DNA of 64,000 nucleotides, from positions 2,790,001 through 2,854,000 of the forward strand of contig CM074811.1 of assembly GCA_037447605.1 (NCBI GenBank). Direction: 5' to 3'. The notes below the pieces were generated by a model that worked only from the letters and a program-made list of their open reading frames with translations, was not told the DNA's origin and did not search any database. Every line of letters starts with the position of its first letter. Position 1 is the stretch's first letter. The position numbers and the translations under genes are program-made. The stretch comes from Zygnema circumcarinatum SAG 698-1b (Eukaryota; Plantae; Zygnematophyceae). Below, one piece after another: positions 14,242-23,670 of the stretch.

Positions 14242-14810
14242 CTGTGCGAGGCGACGACGACGGTGGTATTCCGGTGGGTTCGTAGAGCATATATATAAGG
14301 CTACAGAGGAAACCAAGCCGACGTATGTCAAATTTTGGCATGGGAAGCTGTTTAAATGCGCGTGTGCTTCTGCAAAGGGGCGTATTGCTTACTATAAATT
14401 TTCATAGAATACATATTTGCAAAAGCATTGCACCTTTCCTGGAAAATGCTCTTTGTTTGGTGTTCACATTGGCTCCATCCGTTCTCTCGCTTAAAGCTCA
14501 TTTGAGAAAAAGGAGAGGACGAGCGCAATCCTCGCTAGGCCGGGGCTCCATCAGCGGTTTCAACGGCGAATCTGCCGTGGTAGAGACAAGTTAGAGTTTT
14601 ACAGAACGCCCAAAAACAAGGCCGGTCCAAAAAACGCTGATTGCATTGTCCAGTCGTGCGCCACCACCTTTTTCCTCGGCCGCTTCTTCCCACACTCCCT
14701 TGTAGGAAAAATGGAGGACAATACAATACAGCATCATGTTCTTTATGGCGCACTTCAAAATAACATATATGACAATCTCAGAAGTCCTTCCCATCAAATG
14801 TATTAATATT

Positions 14811-15411
14811 CTTCAAAACCATATATTTTACACAATTTGCTGTCAACGTTCACATAACGCTACATTATCTACATTATCATTTTCAAAATCTTTATCTTTA
14901 CGGTCATTCAATCTACCATCGTTTTCATGCAGCATTCATTTCACGATGGCGACACACCCCTCACGATGGGAACGCCCTAAAATGCATCAATCATAAAAAC
15001 AAAAGCTCAAACGCGAAAAAAACCACCCCCGAAGTACTCACAAATTACCCTTCTTTTTTCTTCTCTTGTTTATTGTTCCTTCTGTTGAAGGAAAGGAAAA
15101 TGGCATTGATCTCACGATGGCGAGGCCATCAAATGTACATGGACAAAATCAGCATGGGGAAGGAACCACGAGGAACTGGTCGCAAAGGACCTATTGAAGG
15201 ACCTGTTGAAGGCCTACCATTCAGCAAGAAAGAGCAGGGCCTGTTGAACGAACGGACACATCCGTCCGACCGACCGTTGGGTTGGTAACGCTCGGTTGTA
15301 CGGTATCATGAAGACCGTACTGTACGGACTACGAGCTCATAGAGCTGCCATGGCTTTTGGGCTTCATTTTCCCCAACGTCCGCATACTGTACAACTCAAA
15401 AGGTGCACTCA
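14811..15411. repeat. Dispersed ~600-bp repeat, copy 1 (direct copy at 25444-26122); probable non-autonomous TE relic
   Basis: Aligns by eye with 25444-26122 over its whole length at roughly 80-85% identity. Shared strings include taacgctacattatctacattatcattttc, ggcattgatctcacgatggcgaggccatcaaatgta and catttccccaacgtccgcat-like sequence. Confidence 0.85.
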
Positions 15412-15937
15412 TGTAGTGTACAATAGGGGTATAGGATAACGTAGTACACTTGATGGTCCTTAGCTTGTGTCGGCGGTCCTTGGTAGATTCGGTCACAGTC
15501 TGAACAGTGCACTAGAGCGCTGTTCTCAGTGGGAAGACGATCGGGTTTGAATAGGACACGTGGAGGGCGGCGATAGGCCGAGTCACCAGTGGAGTCCGCT
15601 TAGTATGATAAGTGTTGGTCATTCACGTGGCGCGCGACGATAGGTCGCGCGGCTGCGAGTTAGCTTAGTACGGATTATTCGAGGCGCGAAGGAGCGCGGA
15701 AGGCTCGGAGCGACGGAGGAGGTTTCGATCCGAGGTTTCGGTACGGACACTCCCATCTCCATGGCGGCCTTTCGAGCTGAGCTCCCGTGCGGTGCGGAGC
15801 GAACTCCAGAAGGCGCGGAGCGACCTTGGCGACATGGAGGTGGCACACGGTGGCACGCGGTGGAACGTGGAGTTGCTTCAGTAGCTAGTATTTAGTTTTC
15901 TTTGTGCATATTTTTAGTTAACCCTTAGAACCTTACA
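15412..15937. mobile_element. Possible solo-LTR-like insertion
   Basis: Begins TGTAG exactly where homology between repeat copies 1 and 2 stops, and ends CCTTACA (TG...CA, 4-bp terminal inverted match). It is GC-rich and non-coding. No target-site duplication or PBS was found. Confidence 0.25.
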
Positions 15938-16057
15938 CCTTGCTCGTGGTGCTGAGTGTAGAGGTCTGCTGTATGGGCAGCAGTAGATAGGCGTGCTGGG
16001 CAGAGAATTAGGAATCAGCTGCGGGCTGAGTTTCATTGTAAAACCCTTCCTATTTAT

Positions 16058-16853
16058 TTCCGCTTCTTTGATTGTCCCGGAGAAAGGTCATGTGAGGATT
16101 CCTGGGTGGGTGGAAAGGTGATGTTTGACGATTGTCTTGCTGGCGGTTGATGGTTTGTTGCTTTTTCGGAAAGCACTGCGGCTCAGAGTACAATACTGAT
16201 TGGTTCGTGTTTCGTTTATGGGTTCCGTGGCCCGTTCTGGTATCGCTTTTGTCTGGGATCAGTTCATGTTTAAGCTGTTGCTGAAAAACTGCTTTGATTG
16301 TTGATGTTTATGGACCAGTTCTTTCTCTCTCTCTCCCTCTCGCTCTGTCTCTCTCTCTCTAACTCAGCAGTTGTGGGGGATGTCCTTGCCAGGGGGTTGT
16401 CTGCAGAAGTTAGCGGAGGTATTGATAGCCATAAGGGATGAAAGAGCATGTCAGGATGTTGCAAGGCAGACGCTTGCTCTGTGCCCGGCACACCCACGTG
16501 CAGCACAAATCAAGTCCACCATTGATTTACATTTGACATGTGGTGCATCAGATGAACATAGTACGAGAGAGCAACCGAATGAGTACGGTTCCTTAACTTC
16601 AAAAGTGAAGGGGAGGGATAATGCATCTCATTCAGATAGGAAGTTGAAGATGCATGTTGGTAAGAACGAAAGAGGGATAAGAAATGGAGAGGAAAAATCT
16701 GCTAATGCTTCAGTCAGAGCTGGACAGCAGAGCAATAATGAACGCAGCATTGGCGATGTAGGAGGAGACAGGGTTGAGCATAGAAACGAGTACAGGGAAA
16801 CCGTGGTCAAGGTGAGGCAGCCGACGCTGACACATAGAGGTTTGGATGGTTAG
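16058..16853 (+). pseudogene. Partial duplicate of CABIN1 (3' part of intron 5 plus first 456 nt of exon 6), truncated by TAG
   Basis: 16058-16848 matches 28269-29078. The exon part 16393-16848 differs from 28623-29078 at about 11 positions by hand count. Homology ends abruptly at tttggatg, followed by an in-frame TAG (16851-16853). No upstream CABIN1 exons are copied. Confidence 0.9.
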
Positions 16854-17873
16854 CGTGGTTGGTCGCTGGCTTAGTCGACCAACGCTGGTGACGTGACATG
16901 ACGTGACATGACGTGACTTGACTGACTCTCCCTTTCTCGCATTCTGCTCCGAACAGATCGACCCGCCGGGCTGCAGACCAAAATGAAGATGACAATGTTC
17001 CGACTTCTGACCAAACACAGCTCACAACATCTCTTGGCATCATTTTCAACTCATCACATATCCTCGATAGAGGCGATCATGGTCTGCTACCCAACCAAAG
17101 AGAGCGATCGACTGTTTGCATAACACCGCAATGCCAACAAGAACCGAAAGCCGAAGACGAACTATCCATCCATCCCCAAAGCGTGTCTTTATGCATCCCT
17201 TGTGCATGCCACTGCCATGGTGCGTCCGCTCCCTCATCTGCCGTGCCTGTGCAGGTACGCGCACTACTGGAAAGCCATGATAAGTTTGACCGCCTCGTCC
17301 TCTGAGAGTGCAAAGGAGGGAGGAGAGGCGTCACGCGCCCCATGAGCCGCTCTCGCATGCGACAAAAGTCGCATGCCTATTCGCACTCGCTAAGGCCGCG
17401 GTCAGTCGGGTGTTGTGTCGTCGCGCAGACCCCGATCCATCGCTTCAAGGCATGCCTGCACGCAGAGGAAACCGTCAGGACCAGGCCGGTGAAGGAAGGT
17501 GAATCTTGAAAGAGTGGGGGAAAACAACTGGAGGAGCATGAAAAGAATCCGTATTTGAATGCAACGAATGGCCTACGTAGGAATTTGATGCAATAAGATA
17601 ACTCTTAGTGTCTTGTGAAGAGGATCATAACGGATCTCTCGTAAGAAAAAAACTAACTTCCATCAGATAGCCTCATGATAACAAAGCAAGTAGTTCAAGT
17701 TGAACGATTGTGCAGAGTCGAATCCAAACATTCCAAAATGATCAGAAGAAAGACAGGAAATAGACTGCAACAGTAAGCAGCAGCAGCCATAGGAGGTGTC
17801 AAGGGACAAGGCGAAGAGTACCAGCATCGGTAACGGGAGGAGGGGCTCAAGGAGAACGGCTCGGAGGGGGACG

Positions 17874-20800
17874 TCAAGGAGGGGGTCGACGGCTGGGAGG
17901 AGGCTTACGTGGAGGGGGACTTTTCGAAGGGGGCCGAGGACGGGGAGGAGGGGATCGTGAAGCTGCAAGAATGCAGGGCATTGTGTGAGTTCCCGTTCAT
18001 AATTAAAAGTGAACTCATGTCTTCCATAGCTAACATATTCTAATCAAAACACGTCCTTATAAACGTTCTGGGAGGATGCAGAACGAAATGAAAACCCATT
18101 CAAACCGCATTCAGTGTGCTCTAACAGCAACGACAGTGTAAAGTCGATAGTTTCCACAGCTTATGCCACACTTTACTTTTCCTTTCCTGCGAGAATCTAA
18201 AAGCAGCAGGTTGCAACTCACCACACGTGCCCGACGTCAGTGCATATCCCTTGTCGCATGTACACGTGGCCGTGTCGTACCCGCACGTGCCGCGGCCCCC
18301 GCACGCTCCCTCGGGAGACCCGCTCTGGCAGAAGGCCGCGCACTTTTGCGGAGATTTCTGCTTCTTAGGGGTTTTAGGGGCGCCACATCCTGTGATATTA
18401 CGAAAAATGCAGTTGCTGTTGAGATTGAGTGGGCAATACGATTTCCCAGACGCTGTAAGTTTGATTGGCCCGGAGAAGTAGTTGTATTGGATCTCCAGGT
18501 CCACTTCGTTATCGGTCGCAAGAGTTATGGAGCCAGTCAACTTGTTGTTGTTTAACTGCCTGTTGACATCAACGGTGGCGCGTTAGAGAGAGTGGGAGGA
18601 GGCTTCCCTAAGATCTAAAACCTTAAAACCTAAGCCCTTACCCTAATCCGTAAAATCGAAACACTACATTCTGGAAAATGACGTCCAATCTCTCGCATGC
18701 ATGACTGAGCATTATTTTGCGTCAAAAAAACCAGCACCGTGACAGAAGTGAACAAAGCGAAACCACGATTGATAAAACCATGAGATAATTTCTCATGCAA
18801 ACGCGAAATTAATGTAATAGTGTGCGAGGTAAAAGTGCTTTTCGCCAAGAACCAAAAAAATTCAAACTGCAAATACAACGTTATCATTGCAGCGGTGCTT
18901 ACAGGTACTCCAGTCGGGTGAGTTTAGAGATGAAGCCGGACACTCTCCCCTCCAGTTTGTTATTGCCCAGGTACCTACAGACATAGATAACGACAAAAAA
19001 CTCAACGAGAAGGATTAGGTTGGTTTTGATCTGAACAAAATTTCGAACCAAATAAGCCATGCAACTCCACGTTTAAAGTCCGTGGAAACATGCGGCCTTT
19101 AGCATGCATGCGTAAGGCCGCATGTGGGCATGCACGCACGCATGCATGCATGCGCGACCTATGGCGGATAAACTAGCATTCACTATCACTGGCATTCCTC
19201 TGTCTGGAATTTCTATCGCTTTCATGTCAGATTTATTGAGAAAAATGATGAAAAAACAATGATGTCAGCTTCACAAGGTTGCCGATAGAATCCGGGATAG
19301 ACCCCATCAGGGAATTACCAGATAAGCGTCTGCCAAAAATAAAAAAAAAAGGCACTGAATAAACATGCTTCCGCGACTGGCATTTCTGTCACTGGCATTC
19401 CCCTGTCTGGAATTTCTATCACTATCATTTCAGATTTGAAAGGAAAAATACTTACAATGTTTGCAGATTCGCAAAGTTGCCGATAGCATCCGGGATCGAC
19501 CCAGTTAAGGAATTATTAGACAAGTCTCTGCCAGAAAATAGAAAGAAAGGCATCACGAATCTGGCCCATGTTTGCAGCAAAAGCAATAGTGATATGGGAA
19601 GAATGCTCAAGTGAATGCGGCGGATTTTTAGGTTTTCAGATTTATGGGGAAAAATACTTACAAGTAGAACAGATTCGCAAGGCTGCCGATAGTATGCGGA
19701 ATGGACCCCGAGAGAAAATTACCAGAGCAGCTTCTGCCAAAATTAAAAAAAATAGGAACTGAATAAACATGCTGCCATGACTAGCATTTTTGTCACAGGG
19801 CTTCCTCTGTCTGAAATTACTATCACTTTCATTCCAGATTTATGGGGAAAAATACTTACAATGCGAACAGAGTCGAAACGTTGCCGATAGAATCGGGGAT
19901 AGACCCCGTTAGTGAATTAGAATCCAAATACCTGCCACAAATATACAAAGACACTGAATAAAGTTGCTGCCGCGACTGCCATTTCTATCACTAGCATTCC
20001 TCAGTCTGGCATATCTATCAATTCCATTTCAAATTTAAGTGGGAAAACACTTACAAGTAGTTCAGATTTGCAAGGTTGCCGATAGAATCCGGGATAGACC
20101 CCGTCAGGGAATTATTAACCAAGTCTCTGCAAAAAAATACAAGAAAGGCATCACGAATCTGGCCCATGTTTGCAACAAAAGTGAAAGTGACGTGGGAAAA
20201 ATGGTCAAGTGAATGCGGCGGATTTTTAGGTTTTCAGATTTATAGGGCAAAATACTTACAATGCTTGCAGATTCGCAAGGTTGCCGATAGCATGCGGGAT
20301 AGATCCCAAGAGGAAATTACCAGAGCAGCTTCTGCCAAAATTAAAAAAAATAGGAACTGAATAAACATGCTGCCATGACTAACATTTCTGTCACAGGCAT
20401 TCCTGTCTGAAATTTCGATCACTTTCATACCAGATTTATGGGGGAAAATAATTACAATATGGACAGAGTCGAAAGGTTGCCGATAGAATCGGGGATAGAC
20501 CCCGTTAGTGAATTATCCACAAAGTATCTGCCAAAAAACAAAAAGAAAGGGCACTGAATAAACATGCTGCCACGACTAGCATTTCTATAACTGACATTCA
20601 TCTGTCTGACAATTTTATCCTTTAATTTCAGATTTCTGCGAAAAAATACTTACATTTCTTTCAGATTCGCAAGGTTGCCGATAGAATGCGGGATAGACCC
20701 CGAGAGGGGGTTATGACTCAAGTATCTGCCAAAAAAAAAAAAAGTGACATTGATTAAACATGCTGCTCCGACTAACATTTCTATCACTGACATTCCTCTG

Positions 20801-22256
20801 TCGGCCATTTCTATACCTTTCATTTCAGATTTATTGAGGAAAAAACTTACATGTATTGCATATTCAAAAGCTTGACGATAGAATCCGGGATAGACCCCGT
20901 TAGGGCATTATCCACCAAGTCTCTGCCCAAAAATAAAAAAAAAGGGCACTGAATAAACATCCTGCCAAGAATACCATTCCTAACATTGGCATTCCTCTGT
21001 CTGGCATTTCATATCACTTTCATTTCAGATTTAAGGGGAAAAATACTTACAATTCTTGCAGATTAGCAAGGTTGCCGATAGAATCGGGGATAGACCCCGT
21101 CAGGGAATTGCCATACAAGTTTCTGCAAAAAAAAAAAAAAATTAGGCACTGCATAAACATGCTGTCCTGACTAGCATTTCTATCACTGGCATTCCTGTCT
21201 GGAATTTCTAATCACTTCACTTCAGATTTACGGGTAAACATACTTACAATGATTGCAGATTCGCAAGGCCGCCGATAGAATCCGGGATAGACCCAGCGAG
21301 GGAATTATCACCCAAGTCTCTGCCAAAAAATAGACAAGAAAGGTATCACAAATCTGGCCCATGTTTGCACCAAAAGCAAAAGTGACGTGGAAAGAATGCT
21401 CAAGTGAATGCGGCGAATTCGAGCAGCGACAACACGTCCATGCGCGTGACGTGACACGTGACCAGGACGCGAGCACACACGCACTGGCAGCTCCGCTTCT
21501 CCGGAAGTTGCAGTGCTTCAGTGCTTCTACAAATTTTGCATGTCCCAACATCTGAGCCCTCCCTACCACAGTGTACACACAAACATGCATCGAAAGCATC
21601 ATTATGGAACTTTATGGAAGAGAACCCCTTACAAGGATGTCAGCTTTGCCAGGTTGCCGATGGCAGGTGAAATGCTTCCTCCTACGTTGCGGGCCCTTAA
21701 AAATCTGCATAAGGCAGGTTAGCAGCGAGAGCGTTAGAAGAAGAAAGGTCCGCGGGAAGTAGGACTGCTCCGGGCAGCCCTTTTCAGTCCCGTTCCGTGG
21801 GGTCATCTTCCCGTAGACCCTCCTCGTAGCTTCGGGCTGCAGTTCAGGAATCACAAGCGGTGTTCAGTCAAAGTGTAGCTCACAGCTCAATAACGCGCCC
21901 GCTTGCGTCGCATCTGATGTCACTCCATTTGCTGCAGAGGCGGTTACTCGACTTCCAGGAGGTGAGCTGCTGTCCGTTGTTGAATGCCGCTTTGACAGCG
22001 AGAAGAGTGTTCCCTGCGCCCAAGCGCGAGCAGATGCAGGATTGGATTGAGGCCGCGGTCCGCTTCAAAAAGCACAAACAGAGGCCCCGCCGCGGGCAGG
22101 CCGCCTCTCCCCTTCTTCCATAGAGGGCGGGCGGGCGGGCCGCGGCGGCTCACTGTCTCGCGGGTCGATGGCCTGAGCGGCGGCTTCGCGCGGGGCGGCG
22201 GCGGCGGCAAAGAGGAGGAGCGCCGCCGCGAGAGAGAGAGACCGCGCGCGCGCCAT
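17874..22256 (-). CDS. Secreted leucine-rich-repeat protein (signal peptide, LRRNT, ~14-15 plant-type LRRs, Cys-rich EGF-like module, Pro-rich tail); 17 exons, ~531 aa
   Basis: All exons are phase-compatible. E1 22154-22256 MARARSLSLAAALLLFAAAAAPREAAAQAIDPRD. E2 21884-22013 (R)NTLLAVKAAFNNGQQLTSWKSSNRLCSKWSDIRCDASGRVIEL. 72-nt LRR exons: E3 21633-21704, E4 21248-21319, E5 21051-21122, E6 20851-20922, E7 20654-20725, E8 20456-20527, E9 20260-20331, E10 20055-20126, E11 19860-19931, E12 19662-19733, E13 19456-19527, E14 19258-19329, E15 18903-18974. E16 18222-18559 QLNNNKLTGSI...QYNYFSGPI...CAAFCQSGSPEGACGGRGTCGYDTATCTCDKGYALTSGTC. E17 17874-17962 SRSPPPRPRPPSKSPPPRKPPPSRRPPP-TGA. All splice sites are AG/GT. 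Total 1596 nt. Confidence 0.9.
18617..18646. repeat. Short degenerate telomere-like (CCCTAA/CCTAAAA) tract in intron 15 of the LRR gene
   Basis: aaaaccttaaaacctaagcccttaccctaa. Confidence 0.35.
19170..21415 (-). repeat. Tandem array of 11 ~200-bp units, each one intron (~123-134 nt) plus one 72-nt LRR exon
   Basis: The motif gttgccgatagaatccgggatagacccc (reverse complement encodes GSIPDSIGN) recurs about every 196-206 nt from ~19280 to ~21270. It is flanked each time by cttac (donor GTAAG on the - strand, with two exceptions) and ctgc plus an A-run (acceptor plus polypyrimidine tract on the - strand). Confidence 0.95.
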
Positions 22257-23434
22257 CGCGGCCAAGCGCCCGCCGGAGACAGGAGGGGACGTGACGCGGG
22301 GGCGCCCAGAGGCGAGGAGAGGGCGGGGAGGGGCGGGAGGGAGGGGCCTGCGGGGAGGGAGGGCGCCTTCCTCCGCCGTGGCTTGGGAGAGGGATCGACC
22401 GCGGCTTAGCTGGCGTGGGGATATTATATACTATGGGACCGCCATGCTTTGTACGGATGGCGGTCTCGATGCACCGACACATATACGGTCAGGATGCTTC
22501 CACCGACATTATTAATAAGGCACGGACATCACAAGAGGAGGCCGCGAGCCAAATGCGCGTTGTGGATCAATCAGCGTCGGTCAATTTCTTTCGCGCCAGC
22601 TCGCAAACAGGGCTGCGGCTTCCGCCATGGCTTGCGGGGACCGCGGGCGGATCACGACAAAGCTGCCCACCCAGGATTCAGACCACCGGCATACGGACGG
22701 GCAACTGGAGTCATGCCACGACACATGTCAACTGAGCGCACTGATTGGCTGCGGTGAGATTTGCGGTGTGCATGCAGAGGGCCAATGATGAATGGGCTCA
22801 AGAAGACAAAATATTTTCCGGCACTGGCTCCAAATTCTGCGCGATCCGCCGCGAGAGATTTGCGGCGCCGCCAGGACGACCGAAGGATTTGTCCGCTGGC
22901 GGCCGGTTTCAGTTACGTCATCAATGCCAGGCTCGTGTGTCACGATCTCATCCCGTATCGACTATTTTGGAAGGGAAATGGTACAGGCTACTCACGTAAG
23001 TCACGTTATAGTGACCGTGTCGGTTCCCACATATTTGTGTCACTATATCCGTAACGACCCGTTTGTCATTTCACATGTATAGTGACAATGTTATTACATA
23101 GGTTTTACGATTTTATTCGTACACTTTGGATACCGTACATTGTACTTTTTGGGCAGTCGTCACGTGGGTAGGTGTGTACGAACCTAGTGAGCATGTGTAC
23201 GGTCAAGTTGATTTGTACGGTCACCTCGATATCTGACGGTATTTATCGATAATGTGTACGACCGAAATATATTTGTAGCGCATATTCCGATACGTGGGTG
23301 GATAATATCGAGAATTTGAATATATAAGTAACAATTAGGGTTTGCAATCTCCACACAAATGATTGAGTATAAGACTCGCGATGAGATAACCGCCGATTCT
23401 ACCTGCAATGCTTTAGTGGGGGGACCTACGAGGA

Positions 23435-23612
23435 TAAAGGTCTCTCTCTCCTCTACTCTTTATCCTCTGGTCTCTCACTCTCTCTCCTCTACTCTCACTC
23501 TATTACTCTCTTTCTCTTTCTCCTTTACTCTCTCTACTCTCTCTCCTTTACTCTCACTTTGCTCTCTCCTCTGCTCTCCTTTAGTCTTCTCTCCTTTGCT
23601 TTCACTCTACTC

Positions 23613-23653
<41 letters not shown>

Positions 23654-23670
23654 TGCTTTGCTCTCTTTTT
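23435..23670. repeat. CT-rich low-complexity tract with (CT)n microsatellite (~23606-23650)
   Basis: Directly visible pyrimidine-rich run. Confidence 0.9.

Noticed and set aside
16854-17520. GC-rich segment after the CABIN1 fragment, with (GTGACAT/GTGAC) mini-repeats; possible TE or gene remnant
   Set aside because: No recognisable domain in any frame and no termini identified.
17000-17870. Downstream transmembrane/kinase exons that would make the LRR gene an RLK
   Set aside because: No kinase motifs (GxGxxG, HRD, DFG) or splice-compatible TM exon were found on the minus strand before the CABIN1 fragment.
19568-20360. Plus-strand ORFs in the array (MFAAKAIV..., MPIESGID..., and 21361-21555 MFAPKAKV...)
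   Set aside because: These are antisense read-throughs of the LRR exons and introns. Their mutual similarity just reflects the DNA repeat.
19170-21415. CRISPR array or centromeric/nucleosome-length satellite
   Set aside because: The whole ~200-bp unit is homologous (no unique spacers), there are no cas genes, and the context is eukaryotic. Every unit holds a stop-free 72-nt exon with splice sites that fits in frame into a flanking gene.
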